This document shows positions 12,040-35,179 of a stretch of 35,179 nt of DNA, one piece after another. Location of the stretch: positions 1-35,179 of the forward strand of contig NIVC01004778.1 in assembly GCA_002269645.1 (NCBI GenBank), in the 5' to 3' direction. The first letter of the stretch is position 1, and each line of letters starts with the position of its first letter. A program made the translations under genes and the position numbers. The notes beneath the pieces were generated by a model. That model was not told the DNA's origin. It worked only from the letters and a program-made list of their open reading frames with translations, and did not search any database. Origin of the DNA: Macrostomum lignano. Lineage: Eukaryota.

Positions 12040-12935
12040 AGTGAGACAGGGTGAGATAGGGTGAGGCAGGGTGAGATAGGGTGAGACAGGGTGAGACAGG
12101 GTGAGATAGGGTGAGGCAGGGTGAGATAGGGTGAGACAGGGTGAGATAGGGTGAGACACGGTGAGATAGGGTGAGACACGGTGAGATAGGGTGATACAGG
12201 GTGAGATAGGGTGAGACAGGGTGAGACAGGGTGAGACACGGTGAGACAGGGTGAGACATGTTGAGACACGGTGAGACAGGGTGAGGCAGGGTGAGACACG
12301 GTGAGACAGGGTGAGACAGGGTGAGACAGGGTGAGACAGGGTGAGGCAGGGTGAGACAGGGTGAGGCAGGGTGAGACACGGTGAGACAGGGTGAGACAGG
12401 GTGAGGCAGGGTGAGACACGGTGAGACAGGGTGAGACACGGTGAGACAGGGTGAGACAGGGTGAGGCAGGGTGAGACAGGGCGAGATTAGGTGAGATAGG
12501 GTGAGACAGGGTGAGACAGGTGTGACAGGGTGAGACAGGGTGAGACAGGGTGAGACAGGGTGAGACATGGTGAGACATGGTGAGACAGGGTGAGACAGGG
12601 TGAGACAGGGTGAGACAGGGTGAGACATGGTGAGACATGGTGAGACATGGTGAGACAGGGTGAGACAGGGTGAGACAGGGTGAGGCAGGGTGAGACAGGG
12701 CGAGATTAGGTGAGATAGGGTGAGACAGGGTGAGACAGGTGTGACAGGGTGAGACAGGGTGAGACAGGGTGAGACAGGGTGAGACATGGTGAGACATGGT
12801 GAGACATGGTGAGACATGGTGAGACAGGGTGAGACAGGGTGAGACAGGGTGAGACAGGGTGAGATAGGTGAGACAGGTTGAGACAGGGTGAGACAGGGTG
12901 AGACAGGGTGAGACATGGTGAGGAACAGTGAGACT
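12040..12935 (+). repeat. 10-bp minisatellite (GGTGAGACAG)n
   Basis: About 90 units; variants GGTGAGATAG, GGTGAGGCAG and GGTGAGACAT. Confidence 0.96.
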
Positions 12936-13599
12936 AGACGCAATTAAATCTCTCTACAATAAAACTCTGGACTGTCCGAGCGTAGCTATATTCAAACAAC
13001 AAAACAAGCACAAAATTTAAACGTCAACACAATCAAAACGAAAGAAATTTTTAAAAAACAATTTTTCTATAGCAATCACGAAAACCCAAAGCCTGTGTGT
13101 GTTTCTGTGCGGCCTAAGTTCGCGTAGCTGGGCTCGAGCTGTTGCAAAATAATTGCATCCGAGAGAATATTCCATTCTCTAATTGCCCCGGCCCCAACCC
13201 CCCAACCGCGGCGATGCCGGCCTTAATTGGATGAGAAAGTCATCTCTCCCTTCTTAGTCTTCGATGCCCCAGAGCTGCCAGAGTCTCCAGAACAGCGAAG
13301 CATCCGTAGAAACAGTCAGGCGGAGACGCAGAGAGAAAAAGAGAGAGGAGAAAAAATCCGAAGTCTCACGAAAATCGAGTTAATTGCAAGGCTCCGGTGG
13401 GTTGTTGGGCCAAATTCAATCCCAGTTGCGCACTATAAACTTTTTTCTGCATAAAGCTGGCCCTGAATGTCGGCGAGCGGGTGACGCAACCCCGAGCTGT
13501 GCGAGCGCTCTCCGCTCCACTCCTTCTATGCTTGTAGTGTAGTTGGCATTCGCGCGTGCCATCCTGACACACCCGACCTTGCAACCTCTCACATCTCTC

Positions 13600-14500
13600 C
13601 CCATGTCTCACCCTGTCTCACCCTTTCTCACCCTGCCTCATCCTATCTCATCCTGTCTCACCCTGCCTCACCCTGCCTCACCCTATCTCATCCTGCCTCA
13701 CCCTGCCTCACCCTGTCTCACCCTGCCTCACCCTATCTCACCCTGCCTCACCCTGCCTCACCCTGTCTCACCCTGTCTCACCCTGTCTCACCCTATCTCA
13801 TCCTCTCTCGCCCTGTCTCACCTAATCTCACCCTGTTTCACCCTATCTCACCCTGTCCTACCTAATCTCACCCTGTCCTACCTAATCTCACCCTGTCCCA
13901 CCCTGTCTCACCCTGTCTCACCCAATCTCACCCTGTCTCACCCTGTCTCACCCTGTCTCACCCTATCTCATATAATCTCACCTAATCTCACCTAATCTCA
14001 TCCTGTCTCATCCTGTCTCACCCTGTCTCACCCTATCTCATATAATCTCACCTAATCTCACCTAATCTCACCTAATCTCATCCTGTCTCATCCTGTCTCA
14101 CCCTGTCTCACCCTATCTCATATAATCTCACCTAATCTCACCTAATCTCACCTAATCTCATCCTGTCTCATCCTGTCTCACCCTGTCTCACCTAATCTCA
14201 CCCTGTCTCACCCTGCCTCACCCTATCTCACCCTGCCTCACCCTATCTCACCCTATCTCACCCTGTCTCACCCTGTCTCACCCTATCTCACCCTGTCTCA
14301 CCGAATCTCACTATGTCTCACCGAATCTCACCCTGTCTCACCGAATCTCACCCTGTCTCACCGAATCTCACCCTTTCTCACCCTGTCTTACTTTGTCTCA
14401 CCCTGTGTAGTGTCATCTTGTCTCACCCTCTCCCAGCCTATCTCACTGTATCTCAACCTGTCTCATCCCTCTCCTACTCTTATCTCACCGCTTCCAACCC
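13600..14500 (-). repeat. Same 10-bp minisatellite in inverted orientation, (CTGTCTCACC)n
   Basis: Reverse complement of the 12040-12935 unit. Confidence 0.95.
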
Positions 14501-14849
14501 TGTCTCTGAATCTCGCCATTCCGGCGCCACTGATTCACACCTCACTCTCCGGCAAACCAAGCCTGTGTTTCCTTCTCTTCACCCTCTTTCGCCGGTGCGT
14601 CACTCTAAAAAATTCTGGCGAAAACCCTTTTCCAGTTCCCTCTCTCCATTTTGATCTTCAGTGGTAATTTTTTAAGCCAGCTTCTCCTCTTAGGTGTTAA
14701 ATTGTTCCCCATATTTAATCAATAGAATTTGAGAGCTCTCAACTGGCAACTGACAGCCATTGAACTGTCAAATTGGGCCGCTCCCCGCAATGAACACGAC
14801 TTTTCGATTTGAATTTCTGTGTTAATTAACAAAGCGATTTGGAACTCAC

Positions 14850-15150
14850 CTGAGCTGTGGGGTAGACCGGACTGTAGCCTTATCTCTCTCTCTCTCTCTC
14901 TATAGATAGAATTATTTTTCTGTTAATTTCGATTAGCCGATCGATTCCCAGAGGAGCTCGGGTTGAGTCATCAGCGAGAGCCGGCCAGCGAGTTGCTGGT
15001 GCACACAGACAGGCAGGCAGTTAGTTTGACTTGGCGGCCTGTAGGTAAAGCTTGGATCAGCCCGCCTGATTGATTGCCACGGTCTCGGCGAGTGCGCGGG
15101 AGCAGCGTTGATAGCGGAGTAGCCCGGCGCGCAGTTGGCAGTTGGCAATT
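14850..15150 (-). other. Candidate non-coding first exon of gene B (5' end undefined)
   Basis: Perfect consensus donor CAG|GTGAGT at 14850/14849 at the end of a GC-rich unique stretch; the gene B ATG exon has an acceptor that needs an upstream partner. No transcript evidence. Confidence 0.25.
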
Positions 15151-15482
15151 GGATGTTGAATGTGAAATGAGGAAGTTGATAAATTGAAGTGAATCGCTAC
15201 TGTGCTGGCTTTCCTGAGCTTTCTGCGAGTTGAGAACTTCTCAATCACCTTGACCAGGATCTCGCTTTCTCTGTCTCAAGCCAAACTTCTCTGGTAAATG
15301 AAGCCCGGGATTCCCACTCTACAGCTACAACTGTTCTGTGCCGCCTTTCAAGGCCAAAAAGCAAATTTGGGAAAGAAATTGCCAGCCTGGGATTGGTTGA
15401 TGAGCTGGCTGGCTGTGGATTGGCTCAGGGTGTCATGAGGCTGATAGACTGAGGCAACTTGCCTGAAATTGCATACTAGCTT

Positions 15483-16039
<557 letters not shown>

Positions 16040-16222
16040 AGATAGATAGATAGATAGTAGATAGCGACAGCCAATCAAGCTGAAAGCACGCACACAAGAT
16101 CACCGGAAACGATTAAGGCAGCTGGAAAGCCAATGGGCGCGGTAAGCGCTTTTATCCAGAGGAACTACCTGCTGGAACCAGCCATGCCGAACGAAAATCA
16201 GACACTCAAGTAGTGCAAAAGA

Positions 16223-16442
<220 letters not shown>

Positions 16443-16764
16443 ACGGATCAGACAAGAGTCACAAGTACGCAAGCCCTGAACTGCAGCCCCAGCTTGGTCA
16501 TATTGCTGTTTTCACAGACAACAAGCAGGCAAGGATTTCATTCAAAAGCTCCGCAAAGTTTCCAATTTTATTGCATAAAATTTTACAGCCAGCAATGCGG
16601 TTAAAAAAGAGTGCGGCTTCTTTGAAGCCGATCCCTATAGCTGTAAATCATGGAGCCGCCCCTTGTTCGCGGCCACCCAAGGCCTCAAGCAAAGTTCCGG
16701 TGAAATTCCAGCTGCTCCTGTATCTGCAGTGTTTTTCTGGACGGATTTGTCTATGGCCGAACCC

Positions 16765-16850
16765 CACTGTCAGGAAGTGACAGTGACTCTGTCAGGAAGT
16801 GACAGTCATTCTATAAGGAAGTGACAATTGTCATTGTCAGGAAGCGACAG
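16765..16850. repeat. Four copies of a 22-bp palindromic unit CTGTCA-GGAAG-TGACAG
   Basis: GGAAG cores at 16773, 16795, 16817 and 16840. Confidence 0.8.
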
Positions 16851-17119
16851 CTATTTTATTAGTTAAATTTTCTGTGTATACTACTAAACTTAATAAAATT
16901 CACTACGCAAGACTATAAGTAGTGTAATTCGAACAGAACTATCAATTCTGTAAAAAAATAAACGAATTAATAGGAAAGTCAATCATGATTTTTTGTTTCG
17001 ATTTTCAAGTCAAATTTGTGGGATATTCACCACAAAATAAACTCGCGAGAAAAAGGTTCAATGACTTTTATATTTCTGTTTTATAAAAACCCATGGTCAG
17101 AGCAGTGTGTGAGCTCAGT

Positions 17120-17125
17120 TTTATT
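17120..17125 (-). promoter_or_regulatory. Candidate polyadenylation signal (AATAAA) of gene A
   Basis: First AATAAA I found on the minus strand after the stop (about 1.1 kb downstream), in an AT-rich tract with a T-run about 30 nt further on. Alternatives at 16855-16860 and 16567-16572. Confidence 0.4.
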
Positions 17126-17619
17126 AGAAAACTACAATAAAAAAGTCTATTAATACATCCATAAGATAGTATTAGCTACTTATAGTAATTATTAACGAGA
17201 ATGAAAAACAATGAAAATTCAAAACGTTAATTACGCAGATCGAGTGCAAGGTCAATTAAATCTTGTTGCCATTTGCTAATCTGTGGAAGAGGTTCAAACA
17301 TGGATTAATGATAATACATTAATCCGTTTTTATACTAAATGTAAAATATAGAGGTCTGGTATCGCACACGCTACTACCAGTAATATTGCACAAGACTGTT
17401 GAATGCGCTGAGTCAGTGTGGATAGATAGAAAATGGACAGAGAAAAAATCAGAGCGGGCCAGATAGGCCAGGCAGATATGTTCGGGAAGTATCTTAGTTA
17501 GACTCTCGCGGCAGAAGATTGCTGCTCAACTCTGATGGACAAATAAAGTTTACATTTTTACAAGGCTTTACTGGGCGCTAAGAAATGCAGCATTGTTGTA
17601 TCTTGTACTGTCTACGAGT

Positions 17620-18150
17620 CAGGCATGGGTCCGGTCGCGTGGGTCAGGCATGGGTCAGGTCGCGTGGGTCAGACATGGGTCAGGTCGCGTGGGTCAAGAT
17701 GTGGGTCAGGTCGCCTGGGTCAGAAGACATGGGTCAGGTTGCGTGGGTCTGACATGGGTCAGGTCGCGTGGGTCAGACGTGGGTCAGGTCGCGTGGATCA
17801 AACATGGGTCAGGTCGCGTGGGTCAGACATGGGTAAGGTTGTGTGAGTAAGACATGGGTCAGGTCTTTTGGGTCAGACATGGGTCAGGTCTTTTGGGTCA
17901 GACATGGGTCAGACATGGGTCAGGTTGCGTGGGTCAAGATGTGGGTCAGGTCGCCTGGGTCAGAAGACATGGGTCAGGTTGCGTGGGTCTGACATGGGTC
18001 AGGTCGCGTGGGTCAGACGTGGGTCAGGTCGCGTGGATCAAACATGGGTCAGGTCGCGTGGGTCAGACATGGGTCAGGTTGTGTGAGTAAGACATGGGTC
18101 AGGTCGTTTGGGTCAGACATGGGTCAGACATGGGTCAGGTTGCGTGGGTC
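17620..18150. repeat. About 25-bp minisatellite with a 240-bp higher-order duplication, in the probable 3' UTR of gene A
   Basis: CATGGGTCAGGTCGCGTGGGTCAGA units; blocks ending near 17850 and 18090 match. Confidence 0.92.
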
Positions 18151-18208
18151 CGTCTAGACAAGTCGGGGGGGGGCTTCGCGGGTCCGGACAGTTCTCAGGT
18201 TGAGAGGC

Positions 18209-29031
<10,823 letters not shown>

Positions 29032-29174
29032 CTGTCGGGTTTTTTAATTTTAGTTAATTTTTAGATTTTTGGCTCCTCTTGTAAGCGATAGCCATTCAAA
29101 ATTTATGGAGTAAACGCAACAGACATTTATGTCGATGTGTACCCTGAGGGGCAATTTTTGTACTATGCGGTGGG

Positions 29175-29530
29175 GCTGTGTACTCTGCATGTCTATGTAC
29201 TCTGCATATGTCTATGTACTCTGCATGTCTATGTACTCTGCATATGTCCATGTACTCTGCATTTCTATGTACTCTGCGTCTGAATGTGTACTCTGCATAT
29301 GTCTGTGTACTCTGCTTATGTCTATTTACTTTGCGTCTATGTACTCTGCATGTCTGTACTCTGCGTCTGTATGTGTACTCTGCATGTCTGTGTACTCTGT
29401 ACGTCTATGTACTCTGCATGTCTATGTACTCTACGTCTGTATGTGTACTCTGCATGTCTATGTACTCTGCATCTGTATGTGTAATCTGCATAAGTCTATG
29501 TACCAAGCGTTAGTCTGTGTACTCTATATT
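29175..29530. repeat. Degenerate 17-21-bp minisatellite
   Basis: ATGTACTCTGCATGTCT core. Confidence 0.88.
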
Positions 29531-32500
29531 TGTCTCTGTAGTCCATATTTTTGTGTACGAGTACTACAAATTGTTTGGCTTGAACTGAAGCTTGCAACGT
29601 AGTCTGCTCAATCACCGACTCACTCACTCATTAATTATTAAGCTTCATCTTTGCTATGTTAGCTCGATGTTTCCTTTCTTAATCGGCCTACGAATTCGCG
29701 CCTCTACTAGGCCTCGGTTCGAGTTCTAATCAGCCGGGTGACAGCTGTCAATCTCTCAAATCTCTCTCAACCACCGTTTCCCTACAGCCAATTCGGAGCT
29801 TAGAAGAGATTCGTTATAAAGATCATCGATATAGAGGCATCGATTGCCGAAGCGGGGCCAGAATCGTCAGTTGGCTTCCCAGCGTCAATCACAAGCAAAG
29901 GGATGGCGAGAGGAAAAGAGGGAGAGTGAGGCAGCTGGCGGGTTGGGGCGAAACTTGTTTGTTGCACAATCTGGGGTGGAGGCCGCAAAGCCGCTGAGAA
30001 TTCCTCGGATCCGCTTTCTCTACACACGTGCATTCCAGGCCGCCAAGGCGGAACAAACACGGCAGCCAGATAAGAGCGGAGGAGAAAGGCCGCCGCTAGC
30101 TACCCGGAACTCCAGCCAGAGTGGCGGCTCAGTGGATCGAATTATGCATGCCGATCGGCGAGAGGAATATTTTAAGCAAAAGACTTTGCTATCTTACTCT
30201 TCCCATTCTCATCTAGCCGATCTCCTCCATCAAGTCAGCCCAGTCCGATAAAAAAGGTGTGTGCGTGCGTACGCACTCACGATTTCTACTTGAGAATGCT
30301 GATGACGATGGCAGAGCAGAGCAAACAGCAGCATACATGTTGTAGAATAGCATGACAATTGCATGACACGACTCTAGCAGAGTTTAACAAGCGATCACCG
30401 ACGAAGCTCCTCATCTAAAAATCCCCCCGCTCCGCATCTGCTGGGGCCGACACTCAGCCAGCGCAGAATATAACAAAGCGCTGAAAAGCTGCTAAGTAGA
30501 AAACAATAATAACACTAGAAGGGACTCGACCGTCCAAAACCCCCTGCGTGACAAGCCGCAATGAGAGAGGCTTCAGCAGGAGTTGCAGCCAGCCAGATAG
30601 ATAGAAAGATATGCAGGGCGGAGCTCAAGAGCCGCCAGCTGTCAGTTAGGCCAGGAGAATGCAATCTTCACATAGTGGGGGGCAATGTACGGCCATTATA
30701 ATTCATTTCTACTACGATGCTAACAAATTGATTTTCGCCTGCAGGCAAAGCCGCGCTTATTAATGGCCAGTGCTCTAATACGGTACTGAGCAATTGGTCA
30801 ATTGGTTGGCGACAGAACAGAAAGGTGACAAAACTCTCGTTTTAGTTGCATTCTAAATGCTTTAGTCGCTAAGCTCCCCGCCGAGGCTTCCAACCGAGCT
30901 GGCACATTTCTGGCACAGCTATGGGGTCTTTTAGACAGCCTGTCTCAGGAATGCATAGCATTGTTGATACTGACGCACGGCGCAACGGATGCAGCGATGA
31001 CCAGCGTATGTATTAGTAGAATAGTGAGCGCCATTGCTAATAAGCATTCCTGGCAGCGCGACTGTTCCTCTGCTTCTCTCCGTCTACTGTCTCACATGGC
31101 AACCAAAATACTTTCTTTGGTGGTATAGGCCGCGCTCCTGTCGCCTTTTATTTGACGATTGAAAGGGTGCCGCCGACTGCCCGTCCACCCCCTGCCAGGC
31201 TAAGCGACCGATACCTCCTGGCACGCGGCCTCTCTGACGCTCCTCGCATTTCCGCTCACTATTTATCGGAAGCAGCAGGCAACGGCAGTATGAGTCAACA
31301 AGCTGTTCAAGTTATTATAACTGGAAGCGAGCCTGGCAACTGCAAACGGCATATAAATATGCAGACTGTCTGGCCGAGTGAAAGAGAGAGAGAGAGAGCG
31401 ACACGTATTTTCATGGGGTGCATGCAGTTATGCTATGTAAGAATCGGCAATAACCAAATGGACTTGGCGCGGTGGGCCGATCTGAATAATGCCGAGACCG
31501 AGTGCGTCAAGGATGTGGAAGGTCAAAGTTCAGATAGGCGGGGGCCGGTCATGCCAATGGGCTGAAGGCCTGGGACTGCCAGTTTGAAACAACCTAGCGC
31601 CCGGTGCAATGTTGCTTTAGCAAACACAAAAGTCAGCTCGTCACTCGAACCGATCTGTCGCTGGAAGCCTTTTTTCTTATTCACTTAGTCAGGGACTAAG
31701 ACTCGACCCCGGCGACCCCCGCCTCATTAACAACATTTAGCTGCTGCTCCGCCTCCCCGCCTGCCTCCTTTCCGAAATTCCGACGCTATTTTAGACATTT
31801 CGACATCGCCTCTCGATTTAGTGGAGTCACGTCAATGGGAAGTGGAAGCTGGAGGGCGCTGAGAGAGGGAGGCTGCGAATAGCGAAACAGACCAGATGGC
31901 GGTGAGGCTGCATCCACTTCACCGCATGCGAAAGACGTGGCTAAGAAAGGAGCCAACAAAAAATTGAAAAAAGGCTAGTCCATGTGCAATTTATCTCTGT
32001 CTGTCTCCCCTCTTTTCAGTTTATATCAGATTCTTTCAATTCATTAGGCAAAGCCGAGGCTTTGCAGAGCGGAGTGAAAAAAATGAACAAAACTGAAGCA
32101 CCAAAGCAACTTTTATCGGAAATCCACTTCGCAATAATCTATCTTCCAGAAGAAAATTTGAACTAACTTTTCCCTTCATTCCGAAACTGGCAAGAGATAT
32201 ATGTCCACCAGGTGTTCATAGCGGCAGTGGATTCGATAAGCGTTCAAACCAAATTATCTTTTGCTTCGAACGGAATCCAAAGATACCATATTTGTTTAGA
32301 TAAGCCGAATGGAATCTCAAAAGAATCAACGCAGTTCTGAAGAGATCCTTGCGCCTATAATCTAACTGGAAGACCTGGAGTAGCTCGCTACCTTATGTCC
32401 AACTGCAATCGAGCTCAAACTGGTCGCTTAGATCAGTAGGGCTCTGTTAAGTCTCAGTTAAACAAAAAACTAGCAAAAGTTAGCTGCTGTGCGTGTGTAC

Positions 32501-34689
32501 TCAGTTGCAGCAGCAGCAGCAGCAGCTGGGTCAACGGGATCGAGTATAGAGTTTCGTGTTGTTATACGAGTGAAGCCGCTGCCTCTCTTGGCCCCAAGAT
32601 AGCTCGCACTTGCTAACCAAAATATGACCGAAATCGCTAAAGATAAAACTGGACCGGCCGGCCTTTTGCTGGAACTTGTTTAAATTTGAAGAGCCAGAGA
32701 GTTGAGTGACACAGCCGGCATTGTTTTTAACTAGACACTCTCAAAATGCGTCACCCTACGGCCTAGGTAGAAACAATGGGATTTAGTGAATGCTGGGGGG
32801 GGTAGAGGGAAATAAAAACGGAACTGGACACTTCCCAAACGCTTGCGTTCCCCTATTTCAAACTCTCTCGCTGACTCTGCTTTTGTGGCACTGGTCCCGC
32901 CCTCGACTGTGTCAACTAATTTTGAGCGGAGAAGGGGGGGCGGATTCCCCCCCCCCAAATATTTGTGTCGCCATGCTTTGCCTGGGTTTTGACAAAAAGC
33001 AGACAGGAACAGACAGTGAGGGATTCTCTATCTGGAGGAATCGCTTCATGGCACTGGTAGAGATGAGGTAAGATGAGCTGCTGTTTAGCGGGACAGACTA
33101 TACAGACACCGGCATCCGGGAACCGCCTCTGTATTATATTTTAGTAAAACTAGACAGACTATGAATTTAATAATGTATAGTCAAGCAGTGCGGGCGTGCA
33201 ACAGGAGTTCAGAACTACTGCGGCAAATAATAATATGAAAAAAATCAATTACTAAAAGGTTTTCTCCACCCACTGTGCCAGTTAATAATAATGAAAATAA
33301 AAAACTTTGCGCATGCGGGTGCAGGCGGGACTTGCCTGTTCCCTAGTCAGCCAGTCCCTTCCATCTGCATCATGGGGGCGACCGGGCGATGAGGAGGCGC
33401 CTAAGGGAATGGTCCACAGTATATATGGCTCATCTCATCTACTCCCAGCAAGTGTCAGCTTCACCAATTCCTGATGATGATTTTTGACGATGATGGAGCA
33501 GGGAGCAGAGCGACGAGGCGCAGTCGCCTGTGAAGAATGAAAACGGGCCAGTCTCTGAAATCTCTGCAGGCTAGGTGGCAGGCCCAGCCAGTCTACCGTG
33601 AGAGCGAGTCTCTCCTGGAGATAATTGCTCAACTCCGTCCGTAGCCACTTTTCTTCACACGAATGATGAATGAGACGGACGAGCAGTTCGGCTTGGTTTT
33701 GATCGACAAGACAAGGAATTCGGACGACCTTTTGTCTATAAAGAGTGCACTGGCCGCTTAGTTCAGAGCAACATCATAATCCCATTTTTTATTGCTATTT
33801 ATGGAATTATGGTTATTGTGATACGATTTTTCTGAGTAATTATTGCAGCCTATGGTTCTACTCAGAGGCCTCTGAGCCAGACTAAAATCAATTGACCATT
33901 GCCTATCATCAGTGCCGTAATAAATTTAGCAAGTTGAATTCCAAAATCCAGGCGCGACAGCGTTTCGCTGCGCTAGTAAAGATTTTCATGGCGACCAGAT
34001 TTTTCCGCCATCAAAAACGCTGCAAAATCTGTTCCGCATTCAAAAATCAAAATGACGATAGAAAGTCGCAAGAAGAAAGAATTAGCCGGCATTATTAATT
34101 GCCTCGGGTGGCAGATTCCTCACCCACTCTCTGCTGTCTCCCAATACGGCCACTAAAGAGAGGGTATCGTTTCGGAAAGTCGCGCGCAAAGGGGGGTCCC
34201 TCAGCCACCAAAGCCTGGGATCAATCGTTTTTTCACCGCTACAGGAAATTGATACTTCAATCGCGAGGCTTGCCTGAATCCGAATGAATTATTATAATCT
34301 TATCCCGCCTCGCGCTAATCCGCAAAAAGTGACGCTGCGAAGTCGCTTATTTGGGTCGGTGGGCCTCGCAAATCAAGAAGAAACTGGGAAAATATAAACA
34401 CAGGAAATAAAAGACACGAATTTGATGACGAATATTGAAGGAGACTGGGGATGGGAGACGGGGGGAGTCTGCGAACAAAGATGAGACGGGAAATTACCGA
34501 ACGACATCTGCTGTTCGTGGTTTAGTTTCAGATTGGCAGCGGAATCGTGGGTTACATAAATTCCCCGGAACCCCTGGAGCGGCGCAACGAAAACACGGGC
34601 TCACAATCTCTGTGCCAGACCGCGTTCAAGGCGCTGAGGTCAAATAAATGGGAGCCCTGTGACATTGCTTTCCTTTACTTTCGTATCCC

Positions 34690-35179
34690 CCCTCTCACCT
34701 GACACTGCATCTCCCCCTCTCACCTGACACTGCATCTCCCCTCTCACCCGACACTGTATCTCCCCTCTCACCCGACACTGTATCTCCATCTCCCTTCTCA
34801 CCCGACACTGCATCTCCATCTCCCCTCTCACCCGACACTGCTTCTCCCCCTCTCACCTGACACTGCATCTCCCCCTTCACCTGACACTGCATCTCCCCTC
34901 TTACCCGACACTGCATCTCCATCTCCCTCTCACCGACACTGTATCTCCCCTCTCACCCGACACTGTATCTCCCCCTCTCACCCGACACTGCATCTCCATC
35001 TCCCCTCTAACCCGACACTGCATCTCCCCCTCTCACCTGACACTGCATCTCCCCCTCTCACCTGACACTGCATCTCCCCCTCTCACCTGACACTGCATTC
35101 CCCCTCACCTGTCACCTGACACTGCATCTCCCCCTCTCACCTGAGGCTGACACTGCATCTCCCCTCTCACCTGACACTG
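34690..35179. repeat. About 25-bp minisatellite running to the window end
   Basis: CTCTCACC(T/C)GACACTG(C/T)ATCTCCCC units. Confidence 0.95.

Noticed and set aside
32933-32956. G7-CGGATT-C10 hairpin as a Helitron or MITE end (similar G/C motifs near 22280-22300)
   Set aside because: No CTRR terminus, partner inverted repeat or target-site duplication found.
34531-34640. Possible plus-strand exon (IGSGIVGYINSPEP...) and a 29-nt minus-strand mini-exon nearby
   Set aside because: Poor donor or no partner exons, and no recognisable domain.

Overview
Eukaryotic, intron-rich animal genomic DNA. GC-rich, CpG-rich exons alternate with many distinct minisatellites, a pattern that suggests a free-living flatworm such as Macrostomum (inference only). 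All coding signal I can support is on the minus strand. (1) Nine phase-consistent exons (29031 to 18209) encode about 981 aa of a single-pass Ig-superfamily adhesion protein: six Ig domains, a W-x-PGFDGG FN3 domain, a Cys-containing FN3-like domain, a TM helix and a tail ending KVIYEVVV. This is an Echinoid/Fred-type (nephrin-related) architecture lacking its signal peptide and first Ig domain. (2) Downstream on the same strand, a signal-peptide exon (7675-7633) and a V-type Ig1 exon (703-350) supply exactly those missing parts and run off the left edge. The window therefore holds either the tail of one copy and the head of the next in a tandem array, or one circularly permuted gene unit. Other content: an apparently intact tRNA-derived SINE (818-1180), more than 20 tandem repeat arrays and a perfect (TTAG)139. 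Several arrays carry ETS-type or 5' splice-site motifs, and two form a long inverted pair. Almost all long ORFs in the supplied track are repeat artefacts. Exon boundaries and counts were read by eye; no searches were run.
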